UHGV virus genome: UHGV-1420163
Direction: 5' to 3' (one strand)
Length of the DNA: 36,018 nt
Source: a virus
The notes under the pieces: generated by a model
Seen by the model: only the letters and a program-made list of their open reading frames with translations
The model's database searches: none
What the model was told of the DNA's origin: nothing
Shown here: positions 1 to 8,972 of the stretch, piece by piece
Layout of the letters: each line of letters opens with the position of its first letter
Position numbering within the stretch: position 1 is the stretch's first letter
Translations under genes and position numbers: made by a program

Positions 1-54
1 TAACGAGCCCCTCCTAAGGGCTAATTGCAGGTTCGATTCCTGCAGGGGACACCA
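1..54 (+). tRNA. argW: 3' portion of tRNA-Arg(CCU), truncated by the window edge; prophage attachment site (attL side)
   Basis: Anticodon stem-loop AGCCC/CTCCTAA/GGGCT with anticodon CCT, T-arm GGTTCGATTCC, acceptor 3' strand ending in CCA at 52-54; matches recalled argW sequence. Confidence 0.85.
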
Positions 55-215
55 TTTATCAGTTCGTTCCCATCCGTATCAGTCCGCAAAATCCACTGAA
101 TATCAAGCCTTCCGTAGATTCACAGTTCGTAATGGTTCGCGTCAGATCGTTGACATCCGCACTCCATGACGGGTAAAAAGTGGATAAAATAATTTTACCC
201 ACCGGATTTTTACCC

Positions 216-1373
216 ATGCTCACCGTTAAGCAGATTGAAGCAGCAAAGCCGAAAGAAAAACCATACCGCCTTCTCGATGGTAATGGCCTGTACCTTTATG
301 TCCCTGTGTCAGGGAAAAAGGTATGGCAGCTTCGCTACAAGATTGACGGTAAGGAGAAAATCCTGACTGTCGGAAAATATCCGCTTATGACTTTGCAGGA
401 GGCAAGGGATAAAGCATGGACTGCGAGGAAAGACATCTCGGTTGGCATCGATCCGGTAAAGGCGAAAAAGGCTTCGTCTAACAACAATTCATTTAGTGCG
501 ATTTACAAGGAATGGTACGAGCACAAGAAGCAAGTCTGGTCAGTAGGCTATGCAACTGAACTTGCCAAAATGTTTGATGACGACATTTTACCCATCATCG
601 GCGGTCTTGAGATTCAGGATATTGAGCCGATGCAACTGCTGGAAGTAATCCGCAGATTTGAAGATCGCGGTGCAATGGAGCGAGCCAACAAAGCCCGCAG
701 AAGATGCGGCGAGGTTTTCCGTTACGCTATTGTCACCGGAAGGGCTAAATATAACCCAGCACCTGACCTTGCTGACGCCATGAAGGGATACCGCAAGAAG
801 AACTTCCCGTTTCTTCCTGCAGACCAGATCCCTGCATTCAACAAAGCACTGGCAACATTTTCAGGAAGTATCGTATCTCTCATTGCGACCAAAGTTTTAC
901 GCTACACAGCCCTAAGAACGAAAGAGCTTCGTTCTATGCTATGGAAGAACGTCGATTTTGAAAACAGGATTATCACCATCGACGCCAGTGTGATGAAGGG
1001 ACGCAAAATTCATGTGGTTCCTATGTCAGACCAGGTGGTTGAACTTCTCACTACGCTAAGCTCAATCACTAAACCAGTATCAGAGTTTGTTTTTGCCGGT
1101 CGCAACGATAAGAAGAAGCCAATCTGCGAGAACGCGGTACTGCTTGTGATCAAACAAATCGGCTATGAAGGTCTGGAAAGCGGTCACGGATTCAGGCATG
1201 AATTCAGCACGATTATGAACGAGCACGAATGGCCTGCTGATGCTATTGAAGTGCAACTGGCACATGCCAACGGCGGATCTGTGCGTGGGATTTACAACCA
1301 TGCTCAGTATCTCGATAAGCGCAGAGAAATGATGCAGTGGTGGGCGGACTGGCTGGACGAAAAGACACAGTAA
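216..1373 (+). CDS. intS: Tyrosine integrase, P4/IntS family (385 aa from ATG 216; the ORF track's GTG at 180 adds 12 aa)
   Basis: N-terminus MLTVKQIEAAKPKEKPYRLLDGNGLYLYVPVSGKKVWQLRYKIDGKEK matches recalled IntS-type integrases; lies about 160 bp downstream of argW on the same strand. Confidence 0.9.
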   Translation: MLTVKQIEAAKPKEKPYRLLDGNGLYLYVPVSGKKVWQLRYKIDGKEKILTVGKYPLMTLQEARDKAWTARKDISVGIDPVKAKKASSNNNSFSAIYKEWYEHKKQVWSVGYATELAKMFDDDILPIIGGLEIQDIEPMQLLEVIRRFEDRGAMERANKARRRCGEVFRYAIVTGRAKYNPAPDLADAMKGYRKKNFPFLPADQIPAFNKALATFSGSIVSLIATKVLRYTALRTKELRSMLWKNVDFENRIITIDASVMKGRKIHVVPMSDQVVELLTTLSSITKPVSEFVFAGRNDKKKPICENAVLLVIKQIGYEGLESGHGFRHEFSTIMNEHEWPADAIEVQLAHANGGSVRGIYNHAQYLDKRREMMQWWADWLDEKTQ

Positions 1374-1405
1374 TCAAAAGCGGAAGGCCACATAAAAAGC
1401 CTGCC

Positions 1406-1723
1406 TTATACCGCTACGCTGTCACTTCTCACATCGATGATGGTGTGTGTCACCACGCCGGCGACAGTGATATCATCCAGGGCCTCGCCTTCAATAGCTT
1501 CGCCGTCTTCAGTAATCAGGGCCCTCCCTCTCAACGTGGCAAGCTCAGTCCCGCCGCCGTGCTGGATCAGAACCTGACTACCCTGCTTTGGCTTCAGGGA
1601 GATATCCAGCACAACATAACCGCCATCCCTTTCGAAAACGCGGGTGTTAGGACCAACATTGCATATCGAGTTAACGGACAGTCGCTGCTCGACGTAGTCC
1701 GCTGCGGGTGAAGGAAATCCCAT
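1406..1723 (-). CDS. UmuD'-like (HumD-like) S24-fold protein, apparently non-catalytic
   Basis: Starts MGFPSPAADYVEQR, the motif that follows the Cys-Gly cleavage site in UmuD; C-terminal VAGVVTHTI resembles UmuD FGVVIHVV; no GDSM serine motif or catalytic lysine visible. Confidence 0.6.
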   Translation of the reverse strand: MGFPSPAADYVEQRLSVNSICNVGPNTRVFERDGGYVVLDISLKPKQGSQVLIQHGGGTELATLRGRALITEDGEAIEGEALDDITVAGVVTHTIIDVRSDSVAV

Positions 1724-1962
1724 TACAAAACCCTCCCCATGTTAGCCATCATCCACAAACGGTTTTCGCTATGGTCCGGCGTCTTGTCGACAAAGTACGT
1801 CTGCTCTCTTGATATCCAGTTGTTAGCCTCCTCTTCTGAAAAATGGATACCCCTCCGCTGTAGTTCGGAGATGAAAGAATCCGTGTAAAGGTATTGATAA
1901 CATTTAGTATTTAGAGAAATGGAGGCTCTAAAAGCCTCCGCGATAGTGTTTCGCTTGATCAT
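1723..1962 (-). CDS. Hypothetical 79-aa protein, first gene of the SOS-regulated cassette (start trimmed to ATG 1962; track start 1974 is TTG)
   Basis: ORF with TAATG stop/start overlap onto the UmuD'-like gene; LexA box 16 nt upstream of the ATG. Confidence 0.5.
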   Translation of the reverse strand: MIKRNTIAEAFRASISLNTKCYQYLYTDSFISELQRRGIHFSEEEANNWISREQTYFVDKTPDHSENRLWMMANMGRVL

Positions 1963-1977
1963 ATCTACGCCCAATGA

Positions 1978-2020
1978 TACTGTTTTTATATACAGTAGTT
2001 GTTGTGTATTACATGGTCAA
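1978..2020 (-). promoter_or_regulatory. LexA (SOS) box overlapping a sigma70-like promoter for the minus-strand cassette
   Basis: TACTGTTTTTATATACAGTA at 1978-1997 fits CTGT-N8-ACAG; TTGACC -35 (reverse strand, 2015-2020) sits 17 nt upstream of a -10 that overlaps the box. Confidence 0.7.
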
Positions 2021-2109
2021 TACAGGTTGTATCTATCGATCTGGAACGCCGAGACTTACAATATCTGAGAAATTATTGATCTCTTATAGAGCATATTAGC
2101 TACTGGTGT

Positions 2110-3693
2110 TTAGATATTTGACACAGTATGACCGCACACTTTTGCCTGTAGAGCAAAGTTACACGAAGACATAGGCGAGCCACTGACGTTTGTCACTCTG
2201 ACGTACGCCTGAGTTCTGTCATTGGATATATATGCCTGCACGTGAACAACTGGCATTGAAATCGTGTTGGCGATCGGTACAACGTCAATAGTGTATGTAG
2301 ACCAGTCTGAAATGCTAAGCCCAAAAAGTTCCGTTACTGTCTTTTCAGCCGAGCCATTTACTGCTAGAGAACCCCATCCAACAGGGTTGTTTGTTGCGAA
2401 GAACTTAACTCCGCCGTCCAAATTCACCCTGTTTTTACTTTTTCCACTACCGTTACCCAAATAGAGCTTGTTTGAGTATGTGGCACCGAAATCGTCAACC
2501 CCCCATGGCGTTTCAGATGCCGAAATCTGGTGTATAAATGACCAACCTCCGTCTTGGGTGGTTTTGCGCCTAACAATAGGCGCAGATCCAGAGGCGAAAA
2601 TTGAATAAGTGGTTGCGTCAGTGATGTTTATACCTGTGATTGAGTCGAATATACGCAAGCCATATTGCCACTTGTAAAGGTTGTTTCGCAGGCGCTGAAC
2701 GCGAATACCATCCGCATTTGCGCAAGCTGTTAAATCCCCAATCCCCGCGATATACAGGCCCACATATTGACCGCCACCATCCAGAGTTCCGTCAACGTTC
2801 ATATCTAGTTCATAACCGTATATCTCATCTCCGGTCTTTAATCCATGTGCACTCGTTACCGAATTGAACGCCCACATACGTTGCTTGGCACAGTTAAAGC
2901 TCTCAATTCCAGAATACATAGCAACGAAGTTTTCAGATGAAGGTGCGTTAGCAGCTACATCATGCACCGCCATTTCAGCAATAAGTGATTGATGACTATA
3001 AATTCTTTCATACTCGGAATAATTTGGGTCGCTGGTCTTTCTTTGCCTGAATGCCGTACCGCCAAGAACATGCGCTGGATTAGTTCTAGTTTTTGGCAAA
3101 AATCCTGGTCGAGTCACGGTAATGTCAGGGCGATATAAAATTGTGCACTCTGCGCTCCTGTCGTATGTCACTGGGCCAGATAGAGTCACATCAACATCAA
3201 AAAATATAACGTTAGATGAATCGAAAGCAGCCTGAACCGCACTTTGATCACTAAGCCCACGGTTTTTAAAACTACTGACGGCAACCAAGGGATTATTTCC
3301 TAGCGACCCAACAAGCGAAGTTCCAGTGGGGCTGCTTAAATCAGTGCGAAGCATGTCTGGGTCATATTTCAAAACGTTAGGGTAGTAAAACTGCTGCACA
3401 TTGTATGCGTCGTAAACAGCCATACTGTGCCCCTCAATAGTCACAAACTTAGCGATTTGGCCGTTATAAACAGGATAACCACCTGAATTAATGATGACAG
3501 GCTGCGAGACAGGCACTACACTCCCATCTTCGTTCTGCAGGTATACCTGAATTTGATTTTCAGGAATGGTAGGATCTGTATCTATTTTTCCTATGTAAAT
3601 CTTCCCGTTAGCATTACCTTTGAATGATCGGGACTGTGTAAACAGTTGTGAAGGCATTGAAACAACAACGTTAGGCCTAATGGTATCAGTCAT
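2110..3693 (-). CDS. Tailspike with P22-type N-terminal head-binding domain and a divergent receptor-binding domain (527 aa)
   Basis: N-terminus [41 protein letters not shown]...NVLKYDPD matches recalled P22 gp9 head-binding domain; the rest does not resemble P22 endorhamnosidase. Confidence 0.85.
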   Translation of the reverse strand: MTDTIRPNVVVSMPSQLFTQSRSFKGNANGKIYIGKIDTDPTIPENQIQVYLQNEDGSVVPVSQPVIINSGGYPVYNGQIAKFVTIEGHSMAVYDAYNVQQFYYPNVLKYDPDMLRTDLSSPTGTSLVGSLGNNPLVAVSSFKNRGLSDQSAVQAAFDSSNVIFFDVDVTLSGPVTYDRSAECTILYRPDITVTRPGFLPKTRTNPAHVLGGTAFRQRKTSDPNYSEYERIYSHQSLIAEMAVHDVAANAPSSENFVAMYSGIESFNCAKQRMWAFNSVTSAHGLKTGDEIYGYELDMNVDGTLDGGGQYVGLYIAGIGDLTACANADGIRVQRLRNNLYKWQYGLRIFDSITGINITDATTYSIFASGSAPIVRRKTTQDGGWSFIHQISASETPWGVDDFGATYSNKLYLGNGSGKSKNRVNLDGGVKFFATNNPVGWGSLAVNGSAEKTVTELFGLSISDWSTYTIDVVPIANTISMPVVHVQAYISNDRTQAYVRVTNVSGSPMSSCNFALQAKVCGHTVSNI

Positions 3694-3761
3694 TTGATGT
3701 GCTCCTGGCGCAATTAGTCCCCACAGCAGAGCTGCGGTATTCTTAGGTTAATCAACAAAAT

Positions 3762-3776
3762 AGACCACGATGGTCT
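3762..3776. promoter_or_regulatory. Mnt-operator-like palindrome between mnt and the tailspike start
   Basis: AGACCA-CGA-TGGTCT perfect inverted repeat, similar in form to the recalled P22 Omnt. Confidence 0.5.
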
Positions 3777-3839
3777 TATTGTGGATGCAAACAGTAGATC
3801 ATATGATGCCGATCCACTTACAAAAGTGAGGCATCAAAA

Positions 3840-4091
3840 ATGGGAAGAGATGACCCGCAATTTAATCTGCGGCTACCTTACGAATTAAAGGAAAAACTAA
3901 AACAGCGAGCCAAATCCAATGGCCGCTCTCTTAATTCAGAATTAGTTCAGATAGTGACTGATGCTGTATCAAAGCCATCCAAAATTTCAGGCTATCGAGA
4001 CGATGCGGAACGCATCGCTGATGAGCAGTCAGAGCTTGTTAAGAAGATGGTGTTTGATACGCTGAAGGATTTGTACAAAAAACCCACCTGA
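3840..4091 (+). CDS. mnt: Mnt repressor (ribbon-helix-helix), immI region
   Basis: 83 aa; PQFNLRLPYELKEKLKQRAKSNGRSLNSELVQIV and C-terminal DDAERIADEQSELVKKMVFDTLKDLYKK match recalled P22 Mnt. Confidence 0.85.
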   Translation: MGRDDPQFNLRLPYELKEKLKQRAKSNGRSLNSELVQIVTDAVSKPSKISGYRDDAERIADEQSELVKKMVFDTLKDLYKKPT

Positions 4092-4098
4092 AGGTGGG
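4083..4098. terminator. Hairpin between convergent mnt and lipoprotein genes
   Basis: CCCACCT-GA-AGGTGGG stem-loop containing the mnt stop codon; flanking A/T runs are weak. Confidence 0.4.
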
Positions 4099-4107
4099 TT
4101 CCATTTA

Positions 4108-4527
4108 TTAGTCTTGCTTTGTGGACGGTATAAGGGATGCATTTGCCTCTTTAGGCTTCAAGGTATACATCCCACCATTAAATGGATCTACAGCAAGCCA
4201 ACCAATTAACCCACCAAACACAAGGTTTCCACCAATATACCAACCATTAGCATTGGCTTTGATTGGCAGGGTAACTGGTTCGTACCCATCCTTTTCCATA
4301 GTGATCTGGTAGCTCTTTTTGCCAAAATAACTACCATCTGACTTGGCAAGAGTTACTCCTTGCGGGGTCTTGCCTTGCGCAACAATCACGCCTGATTCGT
4401 CTTTTACTTTAAAGCTCGCACCGGAAGGATTGCTGTTCACTTGCACGAGCTGTGTTTCGTCACCAACAATAGTTGCGCACCCAGATAACAATATAGCGCC
4501 AGCAACGACGCCGATAATCCTCTTCAT
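4108..4527 (-). CDS. Lipoprotein with PEGA-like domain and C-terminal glycine-zipper hydrophobic segment (139 aa)
   Basis: Signal peptide with lipobox LLSGC; NPSGASFKV...GKTP...GYEP pattern; C-terminal GWYIGGNLVFGGLIGWLAV. Confidence 0.7.
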   Translation of the reverse strand: MKRIIGVVAGAILLSGCATIVGDETQLVQVNSNPSGASFKVKDESGVIVAQGKTPQGVTLAKSDGSYFGKKSYQITMEKDGYEPVTLPIKANANGWYIGGNLVFGGLIGWLAVDPFNGGMYTLKPKEANASLIPSTKQD

Positions 4528-4661
4528 ATTACTTTCCGTTTTGTTAGAATCAGAAAGATCTTAATAATAAAAAGTATTTTCGTGAAGATATTGTCGATTG
4601 AGTTAATAACTCATTTACACCCAACAGTGCCATGATGGCAAAGATAAGGAGAGTTAATCAT

Positions 4662-5147
4662 ATGAAAAAATCACTGTTAATTATCCCGCTTCTGCTGGCA
4701 GGGTGTGCAAAGGTTAGCGACTATCAGGCAAATTGCGAACAACGCTATCCAAAGCTTAGCGATATGGCTAATTGCCTTGATGCTAGCGTGAAGAACGACT
4801 CACGCATGGCATCAGCTCCAACACCTAAGTTATATGTCCTTGCTGCGAAGATGCTCGGGCAAGGTGTAGATGAAGGCAAGATAAGTGACGCACAGGCAAG
4901 GCTTGAGCTTCAGAATCTTTATGTTCAATTACAAAGCCAAGAACAAGCCCAACAAATAGCACAAAGCCAAGCATTCCAGCAGGCTTTATTGAATTATCAG
5001 GCTGTAAACACAATGCAAGCGATCGAGCAAAAAGCGAGACAGCCTGTTATAACTCAACCCTATCCAACACGAGTTGACACTTACACAAACTGCAATTCAG
5101 GGTTTAGAAATACAGTCACATGCAACAGTAGCAGTAACATCAGATAA
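4662..5147 (+). CDS. Lipoprotein, Gln-rich central region, Cys-containing C-terminus (161 aa from ATG 4662)
   Basis: MKKSLLIIPLLLAGC lipobox; RBS TAAGGAGAG 8 nt upstream; track ORF starts 10 codons earlier without RBS. Confidence 0.65.
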   Translation: MKKSLLIIPLLLAGCAKVSDYQANCEQRYPKLSDMANCLDASVKNDSRMASAPTPKLYVLAAKMLGQGVDEGKISDAQARLELQNLYVQLQSQEQAQQIAQSQAFQQALLNYQAVNTMQAIEQKARQPVITQPYPTRVDTYTNCNSGFRNTVTCNSSSNIR

Positions 5148-5237
5148 CAATCAGCAAAGGTATCGCCTATGCAGAGGGATACGATAAACCTCGCGTTCTA
5201 CATATTTGGTTTTTGCACGTTCCTGGTGTTTGAAAAG

Positions 5238-7631
5238 CTATTCTGACAACGCATCAGACTTAGCCCCCTGCGTCATAGCGTTAATTGCCTTTTGTGCCTG
5301 CTGCATGGCTTTCTCAAACGCTGTCGATCCGCGTGGGGTGTTTGCCATTCGGAGCATTGCATTTCTGAATGGCTCACTCTCATAGGCGCGAGCAAGAAGG
5401 CCGTAGCTTACTGCTGCGCCAGTTGTCGCCGGGTTCATTGCCGTCCCATATCCGATAATGAACGGGATGGTTTGCTGCCCTGTTGGTGTTGTTACTGCCG
5501 CTTTTGCAGCCTGCTGCGTGGATTGCAGATAGTTTTTTAATCCTTTCAGATAAGCAGCATCCTGCCCCTTAAATGTGATGCCAGTCTGGTTTTGCAGGAT
5601 GTTAAGCTGCCGAAGGAACTGGTCAGGGGATCCGCCAGATTTCTCCATCGCCTTTCCAATGATGCCATTGCGCATTTGCGCCCTGCCAACACGACCAACT
5701 GAGTTATACAGCGTCTTAATTTCCGATTTGTTCTTGCTGAATAGCATGTTGTTGACAACTTCCGGCGTCAGGTCGCCTTTCATGAGAACATTCTTCAGCC
5801 TGGTATTCTTTAGTTTCGCCGCTTCGTCAGCGTAGACGGCATTGGCCTGCTGATATTTACGGAGAGTATCGTTGCCAAGATTCTGACCAATGGCACCATT
5901 GATATCGTCAGTCATTGCCTTGTAAACGCGCTGAATGGCAGCATCGGAACGGTTTGGTAACACTGGTCGCTCACCCTTCACGTCCATTCTGAACTGGCTG
6001 CGCAGGTCGCTTAATTGCTTCAAATCCAGATTTACCGGACCATCAGGGCCAGCATTGCGAACAAGCTCATCACGATATGACTGAAGTTTTGAAATTGTCT
6101 CGTTATCAGCTACCTTACCAAGCTTCTGCAGATTAGATATCTCAGTATCAATCTGCTGAATTGCTCGCGCAGGCTGAATGTTTACTCCAGCCATAGCATT
6201 CTGAACCTGCTCCAGTCGATTACCGGCGGCACGACGAATTCCTGATGTTTTCGCTTTAAGGCTGTCAATAACAACCGCTGGATCATACTCACCAAATTTA
6301 TCAGCAAATCTCTGCACCAACTGGCTTCTCGCTTCCTGTTGCGTTGCTCTCATTCCGCTTGTGCCAGCCAGAGGGATATTTTCTGCTGTAGTCTGCGCCA
6401 TTTTTCCGACGCGGGAAGTTGGTTGTAACAGGTCTGTGGTGTGCAGAGGAACTCCTTCACGCTCTGCAAATCTGATAGCCTGCTGCGCTTCTGGCGCAAT
6501 AGAACCACGAACGCCACGATAAGCAGCACCTAATCCACGTCCGGCAGCGTTAATAGCACCGCCAGCCAGCACACCAACGCCTAAATCGGTGGCGAGTGCT
6601 TCCGCATCATCTTTCGCACTATTTGCAGCAAGTGATCCAACTGCGTTTTCAGCGAGAAGGCGAGTTGCCCCCTGAGCAATTCGACCAGCAAGTGTTGGTG
6701 CCTGTGTTGCCGCTCTCTCAACGCCGGCAGGAGTGAGGTAAGGCAATGCTTCAGCAAATACCCTGCCCTCTGTCGTTTGTGGAGTCAGCGCACCTTGCTG
6801 AAGGCCAAAGTCCTGCTCTAATCCCTGCGTTGTTACTCGTGGCGCTGGGTGATATGTCCCATCGCCAATTCCGAGTTTACCGCCAGCCCAAGCCGCCGCG
6901 CTTGTTACAGCGTCAGTGAGTTCAGCAGGTATGTTCGCTACGTTGATTCCTGCCCGTAGTAAGCCGCGCCCGGTTTCAGCAAGTCCATTACCAAGGTCAG
7001 ACATTATTCCGCCTTGCTGCTGAACAGGTTTCGGTGCGACAGAACTTACGGGTTGAGGTGGCTGCTGACTGGCTGCCTGCTGCTCAATCTGAGCAAATGG
7101 ATTATTTGGGTCTGACTGCACACCTGATGCCGATACTTGTTCGGATGACTGTACTTCCAGTTGTGCAAACGGGTTGTTAGGGTCTTGCTGAGGATGTACC
7201 TTTGCAGAAGTGGCGCGCTGTTCGACTGTTGAGTCTGTCACCGGGTCACCAGCCCATTGAGCAAAGCGATCATCAACGTAACCGCGGCCTTCAGGTCCTG
7301 GCGTATATTCACCACGCTTTGCCTTCATAACGTTGCCGGGACCGTCGTGATAAGCCTGAAGAGCGTCACGCCAGTTACCAAACTGCTGGTACATCTTTGC
7401 CAGATAGCGCGCGCCAGCGTCAGCCTGATATTCGGGGTTTTGCATTTGCTCATCGGTATAACCCATATCACGCCATGTCCCAGGCATGACCTGAGTCAAT
7501 CCTACAGCCCCGGCGGAGCTTACTGCGGCAGGGTTGTAAGAAGACTCCTTGGCACCCAGTGCAGTCATCAACCCTTCTGGCACACCGTAACGTGCGCCAG
7601 CCTGCTCTAACAAATCACGGTAATTAGCCAT
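5238..7631 (-). CDS. Ejection/internal virion protein (gp16 position) with N-terminal lytic transglycosylase domain (797 aa)
   Basis: Last gene of the ejection-protein trio by synteny; N-terminal SLT-like motifs (AKESSYNP...VGLTQVMPGTW). Confidence 0.75.
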   Translation of the reverse strand: MANYRDLLEQAGARYGVPEGLMTALGAKESSYNPAAVSSAGAVGLTQVMPGTWRDMGYTDEQMQNPEYQADAGARYLAKMYQQFGNWRDALQAYHDGPGNVMKAKRGEYTPGPEGRGYVDDRFAQWAGDPVTDSTVEQRATSAKVHPQQDPNNPFAQLEVQSSEQVSASGVQSDPNNPFAQIEQQAASQQPPQPVSSVAPKPVQQQGGIMSDLGNGLAETGRGLLRAGINVANIPAELTDAVTSAAAWAGGKLGIGDGTYHPAPRVTTQGLEQDFGLQQGALTPQTTEGRVFAEALPYLTPAGVERAATQAPTLAGRIAQGATRLLAENAVGSLAANSAKDDAEALATDLGVGVLAGGAINAAGRGLGAAYRGVRGSIAPEAQQAIRFAEREGVPLHTTDLLQPTSRVGKMAQTTAENIPLAGTSGMRATQQEARSQLVQRFADKFGEYDPAVVIDSLKAKTSGIRRAAGNRLEQVQNAMAGVNIQPARAIQQIDTEISNLQKLGKVADNETISKLQSYRDELVRNAGPDGPVNLDLKQLSDLRSQFRMDVKGERPVLPNRSDAAIQRVYKAMTDDINGAIGQNLGNDTLRKYQQANAVYADEAAKLKNTRLKNVLMKGDLTPEVVNNMLFSKNKSEIKTLYNSVGRVGRAQMRNGIIGKAMEKSGGSPDQFLRQLNILQNQTGITFKGQDAAYLKGLKNYLQSTQQAAKAAVTTPTGQQTIPFIIGYGTAMNPATTGAAVSYGLLARAYESEPFRNAMLRMANTPRGSTAFEKAMQQAQKAINAMTQGAKSDALSE

Positions 7632-8963
7632 TTACTGCCCCAAAGATGGAAGATATCCGTAGCGATTAATGAAGTCGATTGACAGCTCGGGGTGCTGCTT
7701 CAGGTAATCTATAGAAGCCTGAGGCGCTTCCACTCGCTTGATACCGTTTTGCTGAACGTACTTACCAACCGCCTCATTACGCTTCTGGTTGAGCGTGTTC
7801 AGGATGACGCCAGCGTTGCGGCGAAAGGACTCCTCGCTCTGCGAGTTCTGCAGCGAACCAACAGCCTGGTCGAGCTTTTTGCCCTCGGCATCAGAAAGAG
7901 CGCCCATGCCTCGCATGGCCTGAACCGCTGTCAGGTATGCTTGGGATTTAAATGTATCAAGTCGTGCCTGAGTGTCTGCAGCCTGTGAGCCTGGAACGTT
8001 GGGGATTACTCCACGTAAGCCTGTAATGCTCTTAAGTGAAGGAGAACTAACGATATCGTTCAGAGTGAACATGCTGGTTGTGAGGGTGTTGATGCCGTCT
8101 TTGTAGCCATCATTTAGCGCTTGCTGCTTCTGCTGCAACTGCTGTTTGTTGGCTGCTATGCGGCTCTGTATTTCCTGGCGCTTCAGGTCGTTAGTTTCTG
8201 CTGATAGCATCCGGTCAAGGCGCTTATTTTCGTTGTTAATGCGGTTTGTTTCTGCGTCCAGATTAATGCGCTGCTGACCTAAATTCGCCTGGATATCTTG
8301 CCCGCGCATTGTGATTGCCTGATTCCGAGCGGCGGTTTGCGAATCCAGGTCCTGACCGCGCATGGTAACCTGGCGACCCTGCATTTTATCCTGTAGGTCA
8401 AAGTATTTTTCGGGTCCGAGACTGTTCATCCCCAGGTGATCGACAAATTCGCCGAACTGCCGCGGGTTCTGTTGGTACATCTGAGCGACGTCCTGAGGAT
8501 TAACGCCAACACGAGCTAACTCACCGGCGTTGTTTTGCAGCCATGATTGCATTGCTTCTGGAGAAGATGACGCAAGACGTGCGCCAGCCGCTAATGTACC
8601 GATAGAATTACGCTGGTCTTCATCAATGAATCCCATGCCTTTACGAACGGATTCAATCTGGTCTGGATATTGAGTAGCCAACTGACGCAAAGCACCGCGA
8701 TCACCAGACGCATAAGCATTAGCGTACGCCTGCTGAAATTCTTTCTGCCGCTGAGCCTGCTTTTCCTGCTGAAACACCCCCGCAATACCTGAAAGGCCTT
8801 GCAAAGCAGTCAGCCCAACATTGTTAGCGCCTGAACGCTCAATATCATTGTTCTGCCTGATAAGCTGAAGCGTATTGCCGATGTCATGTACGCTCGGAGC
8901 GTTTGAGTTTACGCCGCCGATACCAGCCAACAATCCACCATTTGATCCTTGCCAAGTAGCCAT
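7632..8963 (-). CDS. Ejection protein, gp20-like (443 aa)
   Basis: Position and size in the P22 gp7-gp20-gp16 order; Gln-rich coiled regions. Confidence 0.75.
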   Translation of the reverse strand: MATWQGSNGGLLAGIGGVNSNAPSVHDIGNTLQLIRQNNDIERSGANNVGLTALQGLSGIAGVFQQEKQAQRQKEFQQAYANAYASGDRGALRQLATQYPDQIESVRKGMGFIDEDQRNSIGTLAAGARLASSSPEAMQSWLQNNAGELARVGVNPQDVAQMYQQNPRQFGEFVDHLGMNSLGPEKYFDLQDKMQGRQVTMRGQDLDSQTAARNQAITMRGQDIQANLGQQRINLDAETNRINNENKRLDRMLSAETNDLKRQEIQSRIAANKQQLQQKQQALNDGYKDGINTLTTSMFTLNDIVSSPSLKSITGLRGVIPNVPGSQAADTQARLDTFKSQAYLTAVQAMRGMGALSDAEGKKLDQAVGSLQNSQSEESFRRNAGVILNTLNQKRNEAVGKYVQQNGIKRVEAPQASIDYLKQHPELSIDFINRYGYLPSLGQ

Positions 8964-8972
8964 GATTACCCC

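Noticed and set aside
180-215. GTG-initiated 12-codon extension of the integrase
   Set aside because: The downstream ATG at 216 gives the N-terminus and length recalled for IntS-type integrases.
1337-1711. 124-aa plus-strand ORF overlapping the UmuD'-like gene
   Set aside because: Antisense to a gene with a recognisable family motif and a LexA-controlled promoter; no RBS or family resemblance.
7257-7610. Internal and antisense ORFs (60-130 aa) embedded in the long structural genes, e.g. 7257-7610, 9803-10180, 14487-14858, 17104-17460, 18517-18822
   Set aside because: Lie entirely within genes with strong synteny and family matches; typical six-frame noise.
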